Assembly (NCBI GenBank): GCA_977030845.1
Contig: OZ365115.1
Coordinates: 7,378,001 to 7,442,000 of the forward strand
Length of the DNA: 64,000 bases
Reading direction: 5' to 3'
DNA from: Fimbriosthenelais zetlandica
Taxonomy: Eukaryota
The notes beneath the pieces were generated by a model. The model was not told where the DNA came from. It ran no database searches and saw only the letters and a program-made list of their open reading frames with translations. The stretch's first letter is position 1. Every line of letters starts with the position of its first letter. The translations under genes were made by a program, and so were the position numbers. Positions 12,717 through 26,411 of the stretch are shown here, one piece after another.

Positions 12717-12828
12717 GAAAAGGTAGCAGGAGAGGATAGCATCCTGGGTGGATGAAAAAGTAGCAGGAGAGGATAGCATCCTGGGTGGATGAAAAAGTAG
12801 CAGGAGAGGATAGCATCCTGGGTGGATG
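12717..12828. repeat. 37-bp tandem repeat, 3 near-identical copies
   Basis: AAAAAGTAGCAGGAGAGGATAGCATCCTGGGTGGATG head-to-tail, period 37, one mismatch, no spacers. Confidence 0.95.
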
Positions 12829-12972
12829 GCCTAGATAGGAATGTTAGAGTTCCAGTGCCAAAATAGCTTCTGGGTGGAAAGGGAAATGCGAGAAAATATG
12901 GTTTGAAATGTGTTAATTTATACAACGATAGAGCCTTTATCTGTGTTGCAATAGTCTCTGTATTGCAACAGT

Positions 12973-13082
12973 CAAGGACGGATCCAGGGGGTTTGCCCCC
13001 TTAAAAATGTTTTTATTAATACATGGACAGGAAATGGGAGGAAGACTGCAACCCCTTGACAAAAATCCTGGATCCGGCCTTG
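12973..13082. mobile_element. 110-bp MITE-like element with 16-bp terminal inverted repeats
   Basis: CAAGGACGGATCCAGG ... CCTGGATCCGGCCTTG (one mismatch). No clear target-site duplication. Confidence 0.6.
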
Positions 13083-16000
13083 GAACTATATAATCCCGAA
13101 TAAGGTTCTGGGGTAATCTAATTTGCATGCAGTCATTGGCTTAGAACGAGGGCAAAATGATATTATCGGCCATATCACATTTCTCATTCCTGAAATGCAG
13201 GCTGAAGGTTCAATTAAGTTATACTCCATATAAACACTTAGAAGCTGTAGAACCGTGTAACATAATACCTGAATAGGATACAAAAATATGTTGTACTAAA
13301 GAATGTCTGTACAGGTTCTCTATAATTGACTATCAGAATCACATTCTAGAGATGGGATTAGATGGAAAGAATAACTTTGATTCGGACATAATATTTGAAA
13401 TTAACCAAATGGAAAATTCTATCATTGCCATGAAATAGAATCTAAGGCATTTGCAAAATGAAATTTCCAATCTAGTTGATTTGATATTTTTCATCTTTGT
13501 ACTACCCTTTGACCATGGCAGCTCATCAGCTCTACTGTATATGAATTAAATTTTTCATCCAATTTTTATTATTACATTGAGACGCTATATGGATCATCAT
13601 TTCATTCGTCTATGATGGTTCACCTGCATTGAAAGTAACCTGTACAATGATTCTTATTAGAATAACAGATATCTACATTATCAAGGAGAGTCTATAATAC
13701 TATCTAAACAAGCCGTATGTAGGCTGAACAAATAGCATGGTGAACGACACTGTCCTATCTGTGCCTGTGGACCATTTAGACCCGCTCTACATCCAGCTTT
13801 AATGAGTTCAGCCTCAGCCACTGTAGAACCCTGGGCCATTTTATACTTGGCACTGTAACAATCAACACTGCTCGTGGAAATGTCTAAATTGCAAAGTACA
13901 CCAGGGGACATCTTTGTAATTGAGAATTTAGTGATGTCTCGCAGGAGTTCACATTCTTCCCGTAGCCTCAAGCTCAACTGGCTGCAGGCTTGAAATAATA
14001 GAAAGCTCTTCATACATCTCTAAGGCATCAGCTGCTCAACAAAGCAGCCCCTGAGGTTCATCTAACCTCCTATTTGCACCTTCTTCGTGGGCGTAATTAA
14101 ATTAGATTAGGGGTAAAGTTATAGCCTTTGGAAAAATATATGTGGGACTCCCACGACATTGGAAGGCTTAGTAAAAGTGGTGCATCAGTATGTACACGAT
14201 GGGGGTTGTGGTGTGATAAAGGTTCATGATTTATACTCTCGATTACTAGTTTATTATCCCGACCTAATCCACCATAGAATAATGTTATTGAATTGGTAGA
14301 ACCGTTTGAATTTATAGCTGACCCAATTAAGGCTTCAATGAAGATTTTTCATTCAGCCGAAGTGTACATCAGGGTTCAACCAAGAATCTGCCAGTAGTTT
14401 ATTTTCAAGTAGCCATACATGTATACTATATCTCTAATGATCGGATTAATTGATATAAACTTGCGTTTCTTGGAGTTATTTTTTTTTCAAATTTCCCTGC
14501 CGCCAACTTGGAGACCAAGTCCTGAATGTATGAATGGTCTTTCAGTACAACGCGCACCAAGTTTCTGTCAGCCTTGTGGGTGTCTGTGTGACTGCATTTG
14601 CACTAAATGTTTCAGGAAAGGCAGGGATTTGATGTACTGAGCCCAAACTGAGAGGGATTCTGTGTAAAACTGATAAAATGAACAATGGTAAATAAATGGC
14701 AACACACCAAACTGAACACACTCTCAGACGCCATCTAGCTGCATGTTGATTGGATGGTCTGTAGTCACGTGATTTTCTCCCTATTTCGCTATTGGTCGAC
14801 ACTTTGAACAAAGAAGTGTGATTGGATTTAGTCCAGATTCCCGGCAGTAATCCATGAAAAGGATGAGAAAAGGGTGTACTTCTATATACCGGCGGTCAAG
14901 AGAATACACAGGCAATCGACAGGTCACATACATTGAACGTTTAAAATTGTGACAGACTTTCAAAAGTCTAACTATAGATGCTTATAATACCTCCCCTCAG
15001 GTGCGGGTAGCTGAATTTTTTACTGCTGCATTAACTTTGGGAGGAAGAGGCAATGATAGAGTGTGAGAGAACGCAATGAGAGCAATGATTTGCTGGAGCC
15101 ATTATAGCTCTGGTCGATGAGATATAAATAATGGTTGACCAAATAGTTGAGCCTGCAGTGGGTGGAACTATCGAGGGGTGACTTAGAGGGGTAATTCATC
15201 GCCGAGTTAATGGGGTCGAGATTTCAGAATGGAAAAGGGCAGATTACCCACCAGGGTCAGGCCTATATTTTATTTTCCCCTTCTCGCTCCCTCGGATAGC
15301 TCCCCATAGCTTGCCATCAAATATCTTGTAAAGTCCATTAATATTAATGATCTATACCTCCTGTTTACAATGTCACATTCATTAACCCCCAAATGTCCCA
15401 TGATGGATTAGGCTGATTAGCTTAAAACGTTTTAATGTTTTTAATCATTACAATAGGTCTGTTAGCAGCCTTCTGCGCCAGCCATGTTTATGCTGTCGTC
15501 TACTGTGATCGATCGTTCTTCCTCTTCATTCAGAAGCCCACGCAATAGATGTCTCCGCCTCCATCTTTATAACGGTACCTTCACATTTTTACTCTCTTGT
15601 TTTGAATTCATTTCTCAACGTTAAAAAGTCAGAAAGTGTGGGCAAAAGATTGACTTAGGATAAAGACAGCGTTTTAAGGTGTTTGGTGACTTGAGACATT
15701 TGTTGGCATTACATTAACGTAGACACGATGCACACAAAACATTCGCCATACCAAACACTGGTTGTCAATGGATGATTCTGTATCCATATTTAAACTGATA
15801 GAAAGGGAATGTATAAATGAAAGTAGAGATTCTGGCTTTGAATTTGATTGGTTCGTTATGGATTATTGAAAGATGGGTGCCAAGCACGTTCCTCTGCTTC
15901 AAAACGGTATTCTGTCAAGGAAGTACTTCAAAAAGGGAGAAAATAATGTCTTTATGGAAGTTGCGTCTTAAAAACTTGCCATGGCCCCCAAGGTCACCCT

Positions 16001-16989
16001 TGAAGGGCACTGGTTTCCATTTGTTGTCAGTTGAAGGATATCAGTTAGATTTTGAGTTTTAATTTCATTCTAAGTTCTCCTGAATCCCTCATCAATATTT
16101 GTGGACTGCCGGCCTACTTGACTCCCCTCTATGCTCGTTAGCGAACCTAAAATCTTTTGTTGTGGTAAATTTTATTATTTCCATGCAGGCTCCATGTCCA
16201 ATAAATTTGATGGCCATTTCTCGATCCCGACTCTTCCCATCGGCTTTCTCCTTCATTTCGCCCATCTCTGTGAGAATCCCTTGTAATTGGATTTTTAGAC
16301 AACATGTCTGACACGTGACAAATAACAACCAATCCTGGCCCAGCATGTCTTCACTGCATGACTAACCTCCATTAGGCCGCCTACAGCATGGTAAATGGCT
16401 CATTATTAATGACTTAAGTGGCCATACTGGTTGTGTTTCTTGACTCTGATTGGATAATCCTCTTCGGGTTGTCATTGGTTCTGGTTTAAGTCATGTGATG
16501 TATGACGTCACGCCTCATGGTCTGTGAGTCCTGCATGTTTGCTAAATATAGCTATTGTCCTCTCCTATCTTTGTGTCCACTCAGTGCTGCTAACTGGGAT
16601 GTAATATCCCCCTCTGTCAATTGGTCCTGAGAAACGTGAAACATTGCTGACTAGTCGTAACACTAATATTCACCCATTCACTCGCCATTTGTGTCCTAAG
16701 ACTCCTCTGATAAATGTTCTTAATTTTAATTGACACCAAATAGCAAATACAATTTGTCATTGTATTTCTAAGCTCAAACTAACAATGTTTTATATCTACC
16801 CATGGCTGAGGGCTGTACATACCTCCATCAGCCAGCCTCCCTCCCCCACCCACCTCATCCAGCCTCATTGAGATAACCCCCGCCTACACCGTGTCATCAC
16901 CACATGTACATTGCTCACAATTACCCTCATTTACCTTTCATCCTGTCACTACTCCCATGATCCCTATCAGTTAATTGTCCATTTTTGTC

Positions 16990-17500
16990 TTCATCAGTCC
17001 CCTCAGTAATGGCCAGCCAAACACAGAAAGATAGTATTTGTGATCCTATCAGATTTGCAATCATGTCCCCGCGCAGTAATGTTCCCCACGACAATATTAT
17101 TCTGACATTTGACCTTCCGTATGATGACCTTGCTTTTCCTAGACCAACTCAGATAAATGACTTCTCTGTTTATCTGACAATCACGGCATCATATCATCTC
17201 TCACCGGTTGAAGCTTCTATGTTTGTCGCAACTTCTATTACATAAGTCATGAAATATTTATTGAAATATTAAATTGTTTTGTCGTGGAGAAACAATGGTG
17301 TTGTTGTGACCATTGAGATTGTACTCGTGATAAATGGCCCTGTGGGACCAGATGTGGTATTGACAATGCTAGAGGTCCAGGGATAATGTCCCTATGCACT
17401 AACATGTCTCCCAAAGATGAATTACTGTCCCAATAGATCACACTCTCCATATTCAACGCCTTATCCCTGGAGGTACACATTATCCATATCCACCTATACC
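16990..17500 (-). mobile_element. LINE (CR1/L2-like) RT relic
   Basis: VIYWDSNSSLGDMLVHRDIIPGPLALSIPHLVPQGHLS aligns with W..SxL..R.Q.V....S..+..GVPQGS+LSP, followed by a PLF-like segment. Confidence 0.45.
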
Positions 17501-18959
17501 CCCACAACAAATCCATGCATGGCTATTAATATTGTACATAATATAGAATGTTTGCTTTAATAATACTGCTCAGTATTTTGATTGCACTTGTGATATTTCC
17601 ATCCAATGCAGACAGAGATCAAATGAAGTTTTGTATATGTCCATAAATTGATTGATTATAATCACATTCAACAATTCAATTTATTCATGACAGATTTTAT
17701 GTCATGATGGTGATTTCAATCTGTTTGCATATGGAATTTTTAAATCCTGACTGCCATCTGATTTGATCGCATGTGATTTAGGATCAGAATCGATTGGATT
17801 GCATTTCATTGAAGGCCAGGGCCATGCCCCCTTCATTGTTCAGTCTGCAAAGTTCGAGTTGACTAAGCAAAATTGAGAACTCAGAAAAGTACCGTTTTTC
17901 ATGATACAGACTGGAAATTGAATTAATGAACTTAGTGGTCAAATTTAATTAACGAAAGAAGATCATGTTCTGATCCACATATTGGTATTAGCATTGCAAT
18001 CCAATCTAGAATGAATATATTTGAATCGGTGTGCAGGATCACGACTGTTTGTGAGCGGCGGAAGCATCCTAATATCATTCTTGCCACTCGCTTGGCATTA
18101 AGCAACACTCAAGTTGAGAAGATTGGTTCAATATTCGCCTATTATCACTGAGCCAGTGCCAGAGCCTGCATCTAATTTATTCTCGCGATAACCAATAGGA
18201 ATGTGTCATTTCAGGCGTTAGAAAAAGAGGAGAAACTCATCAGCAGGCAGGGAGGTGTGTGCAGTCTGTGGGGAGCTAGAGAGAAGGGCCAGAGGAGCGG
18301 GGAAGGAATGAAAGGAAGGCTGAGGATGTATGGGGAGCAACAACTAGTTTGAGGTGATACGGGTAGTAACAGAATATCTATGTATGACAATGCATAGCAA
18401 ATTTTGAAGGCCGGAGGTTTCCTTGGTGAAATTTTCTCACATTGAAGGGTTATAGTGATTAAAAGCATTCAAGTTGGTTTGCTTTTTAATGAGAAATAAG
18501 GCTCAAAGACTCTAACACTCCTCTGTATACAGAAACTTCACTTTTCTAATCAACACATTTTTCAGAACAAATTTAGACCAGCCCCTCAACCCAGTGCAGA
18601 CTGCCTATTAGGCCTATGTATAAGCCTAGAACTCCCCACATACCACCAGTCTGGGGTGTTGCAAAATGAGGTCATAAAATGGGAAGACTGAAATGGGGAA
18701 AAAGAGGAGAAAAAAAGAGGATATTAAGACCAGGGCATAATAAGGAGGGTAGGATGATGGATGCTGAGATCTGGTTGTGGGAAGTATGGTAGAAAGAAGT
18801 CACCTTGGTGATTGCATTATGGTGATTACTGATGCTCTAACACCACATAGACCTGTTTTTCCCAAGTCTCTAAAACTTGAATCGATAAAGTAAAATGACG
18901 TCTCATGAATCATTCAAACGCAAAGTAAACTGTTTGAAAGACGAGGACTAAAACTCATA

Positions 18960-19150
18960 ACTGCCTTATCTCGACTATAGCTGGCATCAAGTGACCAATA
19001 GTCGCACAAAGAGGTTTCTTCCGACAAGCTAGTTTCTGTGTCCAAAGCAATGCATGATATATCCAGAAAAATGTAGCTTGCAACATAGAAGAAAAGCGGC
19101 GCTCCCTACAGTCTCATAATCATCAAAGTAACATCTATAGTTGACGAGCC
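18960..19150 (-). mobile_element. LINE apurinic-like endonuclease relic
   Basis: LDISCIALDTETSLS...LDASYSRDK resembles DII.L.ETWL...LPGY..R.DR. Confidence 0.3.
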
Positions 19151-20020
19151 CACAGAGCTCGCCTCAGTCTCAGACGGTCTTCCTCCAGTATCAAGGGCCT
19201 TATATTAGTGACAAGGGATGGGTGCCATGGCTCGTCTTGACGATGAGGCGCATGAATAAGGAACCAAAGGGAATTAGTGATAAAACATGAATACAGCCAG
19301 TGCATATTGCAATCACTGGGTATTATAGGCATAAGAGCAATACACCCAGATAACATCACTTTTCTTGTTTTTCTGTAATCTATCACGGAACCCATCTGTC
19401 ATATTGGTGAACATGTTGCATGCATGTTTTTACATGCACAAAGTGGAAACCCGGGTATTGGTCATTAGTCATCCCATCACTCTCTACTGGGTTTTGTTTC
19501 AGAGCAGTGCATGGCGGCCAGGCTTTATTAGGCCTACCCCACCGTCAGAAGTGGTCATTTAAAATGTATTGGGTCGGCGGCAGCTCATGGGTTATTGTTT
19601 CTGAGATAAATGCAGGGAAAGAGGACTGGGTTTCTGACGAGGTTTCATATCGGAGGGAATGAGAAATTTATAATATATTAGAAATATTGGCATGGTAAAA
19701 ATTGAAATTGGTATGAATATGGAAAATGAAGTCGGGAAATATCATATGTTAATGGAAATCCAGGGCAGTTTCATAATGAAACGGAAATGACAATTATTTC
19801 TAAATTAAAAAGGCGATTTTTAATATATTTTTTAAATGTATGCATTATTTCCACACACCCTTTAACCATGTTACTCTTGACAATGTATTTTCACTCTTCT
19901 TAATGGCAAGTTCTGAGCTTCATCACCACCAAGTGCAGCAATACACTTGTGGTTCTAGTGAAGGGTGTATGAACTATCCTTTTCCAAATAAGCAGACAAC
20001 CTGCTCCCTGGGCAGTAAAA

Positions 20021-22497
20021 GCAGACAGAGGTTTAAAGCAATCCATGCTTGAGTTGGCAAGGTTTATGTGGCCCTAAGTCATAGTTATGATCATTGTGGA
20101 GGGTGGGGAAGATGAGAGGGCAGGCTGTGTTTCTATAGCCTTGAAGGCATGACCACTGTGAATATACCACGCGTTTATCACTGGTCAGTGGCTGGAGGTG
20201 CCAGTGACCATAGTGGATTACCATAGAAAATATTCTAGTAATTAAGTAAGAAGCAATTATTTGATAGACTATGGAATGAATGAATTGATGTACACAATTT
20301 AGGCTACAATTTAGTTCTACATAGTATACATAAACTCAAAGATGTTTAACAAATTTGAGTTTAGACTATATTGTATACGATCCCCCTGGAAATATTGTAC
20401 AATGTGTTTAAATATAGTTTCGCCTTTGAAGCCAAAATATGATTAAATATCAAAAGAAATTGCACTGAACCAAGCAGGTGTCATAGATGTATTTTTTTTA
20501 AATCGTTCACAACACTACTATAGAGTAATTGTGTGAGGTGTTTAATAGAGGGTGTACCATAGAAAATATAGAGTTAAATAGAGGGTGTGATAATTTACAG
20601 CTTATTCCTGCTGCTGCACGAGTGGCTCGTGTTAACAATCTAGACTTCTAGCCAGCTCTTCCATTCATCCACCACACCACTATAGTGCAGGAGTAGCTCG
20701 TTTGTAGCTGCCACGTGTGCTCCAGCAGGTGTGGCCCAATGTATATATCTGATCAATTAGTGAATGGTAACAGGGCGTTTTGACTATTTTATGGAGTACG
20801 TCGAAAAGTAACCCAGAAACAGAGTTCCAAGTCATCCTGGAACATCAGGAAGAAAGTTATTCATATTACAGCCTGGGAAAAATCAGTACAAAATATAAAA
20901 TATCAGGACATTTGATTGTTTTGCTATTAGGCTTAATTGATGGTGGGTAAAAATTGAAATTAGCAGGTCCAGGTAATTATCCAGTGGAGAAATCGGGAGA
21001 AATTGAGAGTAAAATTAGGGAATTTGGTTTCCATGAAATGTAGGGAAACCTGCAGGAAGTGCTGGAGTGTTGTATGAGATGAGAGGGCAGTGGTAGATAT
21101 ATGGAAGAGAAGATGGAACTAATTTCATATGCAAACTGCATTATGATTGGTCTACCTACGTGGTAGAATCCTGAATGAGTTCCAATGTCAGAACATTTCC
21201 ATATTGTCGTTGATGTCATTGCCTATTTTCGTTCCTCCACTGTCAGATGCCATTGGCAGACAGAGGTTTAAAGCAATCCATGCTTGAGTTGGCAAGGTTT
21301 ATGTGGCCCTAAGTCATAGTTATGATCATTGTGGAGGGTGGGGAAGATGAGAGGGCAGGCTGTGTTTCTATAGCCTTGAAGGCATGACAACTGTGAATAT
21401 ACCACGCGTTTATCACTGGTCAGTGGCTGGACGTGCCAGTGACCATAGTGGATTACCATAGAAAATATTCTAGTAATTAAGTAAGAAGCAATTATTTGAT
21501 AGACTATGGAATGAATGAATTGATGTACACAATTTAGGCTACATCATGTATCTACATAGTATACATAAACTCAAAGGTGTTTAACAAATTTGAGTTTAGA
21601 CTATTGTATACGATCCCCCTGGAAAACACTATATTGTACAATGTGTTTGAATATAGTTTCGCCTTTGAAGCCAAAATATGATTAAATATCAAAAGAAATT
21701 GCACTGAACCAAGCAGGTGTCATAGATGTATTTTTTTTAAATCGTTCACAGCACTACTATAGAGTAATTGTGTGAGGTGTTTAATAGAGGGTATACCATA
21801 GAAAATATAGAGTTTAATAGAGGGTGTGATAATTTACAGCTTATTCCTGCTGCTGCACGAGTGGCTCGTGTTAACAATCTAGACTTCTAGCCAGCTCTTC
21901 CATTCATCCACCACACCACTATAGAGCAGGAGTAGCTCGTTTGTAGCTGCCACGTGTCCTCCAGCAGGTGTGGCCCAATGTATATATCTGATCAATTAGT
22001 GAATGGTAACAGGGCGTTTTGACTATTTTTATGGAGTACGTCGAAAAGTAACCCAGAAACAGAGTTCCAAGTCATCCTGGAACATCAGGAAGAAAGTTAT
22101 TCATATTACAGCCTGGGAAAAATCAGTACAAAATATAAAATATCAGGACATTTGATTGTTTTGCTATTAGGCTTAATTGATGGTGGGTAAAAATTGAAAT
22201 TAGCAGGTCCAGGTAATTATCCAGTGGGGAAATCGGGAGAAATTGAGAGTAAAATTAGGGAATTTGGTTTCCATGAAATGTAGGGAAACCTGCAGGAAGT
22301 GCTGGAGTGTTGTATGAGATGAGAGGGCAGTGGTAGATATATGGAAGAGAAGATGGAACTAATTTCATATGCAAACTGCATTATGATTGGTCTACCTACG
22401 TGGTAGAATCCTGAATGAGTTCCAATGTCAGAACATTTCCATATTGTCGTTGATGTCATTGCCTATTTTCGTTCCTCCACTGTCAGATGCCATTGGC
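20021..22497. repeat. Direct tandem duplication of a 1.24-kb unit (20021-21255 / 21256-22497)
   Basis: The copies are about 98% identical by hand count (roughly 15 substitutions plus small indels; offset 1235 at the left, 1240 at the right). 2-bp GC microhomology at the junction. Confidence 0.97.
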
Positions 22498-25009
22498 TTC
22501 AATTTTCAGGCCCAATCTCCATACTCGCTTCATTTGATTGAATAGCAAGAATCCCCGCTAAGATCATTATTGAGGATATCTCATGGGCCTAGTTCACGTC
22601 AAACATTATTAGCGGAACTTTGCTTCTGTCTTTGACTTTAATGAATCCTGCTGTCTGTCTACATTAATAAATACACTGACTTCTGAAAAGACCACTTATC
22701 TTCAACATTATTTCTTTTATTTATCCAAAGTAGACTCTTTACTAAAGTATATTATTAGAAAGTTTTAACTTTTCATGTGGAATAATAAACTGAATCCTTT
22801 ACAAAGTTTCCAGACAAGTTTGCTAAGTTATCTCGTGGATCAAAGAGCTGATGTGTTTTTTCTGTTTCGCTTTTCAGTTTGGAGCTAAATGGATTGTGAT
22901 GCATCGCACTGCTAAAAAGACTAAGTGAATGGATTGCAAAGGTAGGTAGCCTGTATGAATTTGCATAGCCATAGGCATAGGCAACCTTAGGAAATGGGGG
23001 ATATTTTTTGTCAAAACTTCAAAAGGTTTTGTCAGAGGTTCAGGTGAACAGAAGCATGAATTATTGTAATGCTTATGATTATCCTTTCTTCATATGAGCA
23101 TTCTATAGCATTAGCGTAATTCGCCATAGTACTTCCCCAGTATAGCTTTTGAGAATCTAAGTTATAGTTTCATTCCATTGTATTGTCCGTGGCTGTTTGG
23201 CCAGACGTACCAATAAGGGCATTTAAGGCCCTTTTTAAATCTGGCCAGTAAGGTCAGGAATAGCAATGGAAGCAAAGAGGAGTGGAAGACACATCATGGG
23301 CCAACAGAGATCAATCAGGCTCCAGTACCATTCAAAAACCAGTATAAAATCCAGAAAATCACTGCCTTTTGAACAAACTCACGATCCCATACTCCAGTCT
23401 GACACTCAATGCCTTCAGACATCCCCAGGGAAGTTTACAGTTTTAGAGAGCCATTTAAAAGCCAGGACTAATATTGCTCGGAGTAGTTTTTGTGGCCAGA
23501 GCAATGCCATCGTCAGACAAGGTGGATCTTCGAACACAACCTTCCCCGCCGTCCGGAAACTTACAGATTCCACACAGGTATGTCTGTTTCTTCGATTGTC
23601 CACCAGGGCTTAATAATTGCACCCAGAATACCCTGCCCCGCATGCGTAATGCTTGCCCAACCCTCAAATGTGTCGTCATGCGAAAGTCATGCTAACGACG
23701 TGCCGACTTTCACTACCATCCTGGACATGTCCCATATGGATGCGTAGGAAAGGCGGAGGGGCAATCTAGAGCCGAGAAGGCGAGTAAAAGAGGAAAAGTC
23801 AATAGGAGTAATCTGCCCAAGGACAGGCCCTACTTCAGTTACATCCATGGCATCCTCCCATACGCTGCGGGCTTATAGAGGGCACCAATCAAAATACCGA
23901 GACTCCTCCAATAATATGAGGCCCCAGCTTACCAATGTCTATAGTAGGATGGGCAGAGAGATACCGGGGATCTAGACAGTTCTCAGGGGACAATTTACCA
24001 TAACTTCTGATAGAAAAGTTTATGTCCTAAGTCCGAACACACTAAATTTGTTATGAAAACAAATTAATGACCATAAGGAAATATATTACACAAATACCTT
24101 TTGTTAAAAGTTAAAAGCTAAAAACGATGTCATTATGTTCATATAACGAAAGATGATACGCAATTCATTTAACCAGTTCTTTGTTATAAGTTTGGCTGTC
24201 AGATTTTTTCAGATTTATTAGATCATTATTTTATTGTAAACTTTGCCAAAAGCCTCATGAAATCTGGTTCGTTGTCTGGTTCTAATCCTGAACCATTGGT
24301 CGTATTTTTTTTTTTAAATGCAGGTCTAATTGAACTCTAGATAGAAATTACAGTCTGATTGCCCATGGTATTGCTGCTTGAAAAAGCATCCCCCAGATAT
24401 GAGGGATCCATCTGATATAGGCCTGAAATGAGCTAATGTAAGTGTATTCTTGATATGAAACAAAAATGCTCAGAAAAACATGTACCAGACAGAGAGTAAA
24501 AACCTGCCATGCGTTTAGAGCATCTATAATATATCAGAGCTCTACATCGACGTCTGCCTTATGGCTACAAGGCATATAGTCTTAAGTTGTGAAATAGGAA
24601 TCTGGCTCCAATTATCCCCCATTCTTACAGTGTGATCCAGAAAAAGCCCACCTTCCAGCCCACCGTCTGCTCACAGTTAATTGGACTCAAATAGAATCTC
24701 TCCTCTTTCCGCAAGAATGCAAATCAAAATGGAAATCCCAAATCCTGCCGCCTCGACTCTAACCCACATCCTCTGTGAGACTGGGTGAAATAGGCGAGCA
24801 TGGGGCAATCAAGCTGGAGACATGGTGATTAGGTTGGAAGATAAGGTTATAATGCAGCCTTCTATAAGATTACCGCTCTGAAGTGAGAGATGCAATGGTT
24901 TTAGTTATGCTGCTCATGGCCCAGAGACAAAATTCTTGATGAAGTCTATCTAGGGGCCTATACAATGTATGTCACCACTCTTGTCACCATAAAATATTTT
25001 CATTCATTG

Positions 25010-25156
25010 CTTTACAGGACTGCCTCCCTGTAAAATGTAGATTAACCTCCCTGTAAAACTATCAGTGGTCCTGTATTTCATTTTACAGAACTGTAAAACT
25101 GTGTAGGCCTACCCTCTAAAATTTACAGACACCCACTGTAATTTATATTTACAGTG
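25010..25156. mobile_element. Non-autonomous DNA-transposon-like repeat rich in CTGTAA/TTACAG, ending TTTACAGTG
   Basis: Many internal CTGTAAA/TTTACAG words in both orientations. The right end matches the copy at 52605-52737 (shared ATTTTACAGAACTG and CTGTAATTTAnATTTACAGTG). Confidence 0.6.
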
Positions 25157-26255
25157 TTCAAATGCTGAAGTATGTACATTGGAAAGTTTCCAATCAACAC
25201 TGCATCTCATTGCATATTTTCTCTCCGTAAAAGAGACCTTAAATCATTTAAAAACCAACCTGAAATAAGTAAAACGTTTTAAGAAGACATGATCGATACA
25301 AAGGAACTACCTATAAGAAAAGCAAATCTATGCTGTTGGTTTTATTTTCTGTTGGTTTTATTTACCAACTTACACCCTGGTTGTGCCAGTAGTTCCTGTA
25401 ATGAATCAAATGGAAGCGACAAGCACCAGTTATAGGATGAAATCAATCGGACTAATGGTGCCATAACATCTTATCTGGGAGTCCCACTCCACCAAAGAAC
25501 TACCCCAGAGTTTTGAATTTCATTATTCAGCAGAAAGCTCGTGAAAAGCCCTACAAAGGTTTCATTTCACGCCAATTGTTTCCCTTGCTTTTATCCCCTT
25601 CAGCGACATCCTATTCAAATCTCCAGCTGTCCACTCTTCTAAACCTTGTGGGAAATATCTCATCCTCTGTTTTAAAATGAAATGTCAGATCTCAAGGACG
25701 GAAATCGTTTGAAAAATTGAAAATGGAATTGGAAATGTGAGACGTACCATTGATTTTTCAAAGCCTCATGTAGGTAGGCCTACTAGAGTTTTCTGATATT
25801 CATGGCCACTTATGTATAGGATTTCTAAAGGTTTTATATCCCAATATATTACATAGAAATAGGAATTGTGCAGTCATTTTGACTTTATTCTGCATTAGCT
25901 AGTCCTTTGGAAAATCACCAAGTCTAATTGCACGGCCCTATTCAGTATATTTCCTAATGTTCTCATTTCCTTCAGAGGGCATGAGAGCACAGTCTGGATG
26001 TTAGTGCTGAAATGACTAACGACATCTTGCTTTCTTATGTTCTTTCCTCGGTTGCCTTGCTGAGAAAAACTATACCTAGTGCTGGTGAAGAAAGGCATAG
26101 GTGATTTGAAGCAAGTTGGGATAGACAATACCTCCTGTCTGTTCCCATATAAATATATAATTATGCCTCTGATAGGCCTGAAACTCCACTTACCACATCA
26201 GATACACATACACCCAAACAACACCTCGCTGGCCTTTTGTTTCTGTGACGACCAG

Positions 26256-26411
26256 TCATGGCTGTCCCTGTTCACACGCGACTGTGGCCAAGTGCAGAGA
26301 ACAAAAGGCAAAAGAGGCGGAAGATTTCTTTTATGATATCCGGGAAGTACCCAGGGTGTATTATAGCCTTTTAAGTGATCATTTATGCAAGAATAGACTT
26401 CACATGAAACT
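26256..26411 (+). CDS. Candidate internal exon of an unidentified plus-strand gene (or transposase relic)
   Basis: Acceptor ccttttgtttctgtgacgaccag| and donor CT|GTATGT give a 156-nt symmetric phase-2 exon with an open frame, HGCPCSHATVAKCREQKAKEAEDFFYDIREVPRVYYSLLSDHLCKNRLHMK. No family recognised. Confidence 0.3.

Noticed and set aside
12717-12828. CRISPR-like 37-bp palindromic repeats
   Set aside because: The units are directly adjacent with no spacers, there are no cas genes, and the context is eukaryotic.
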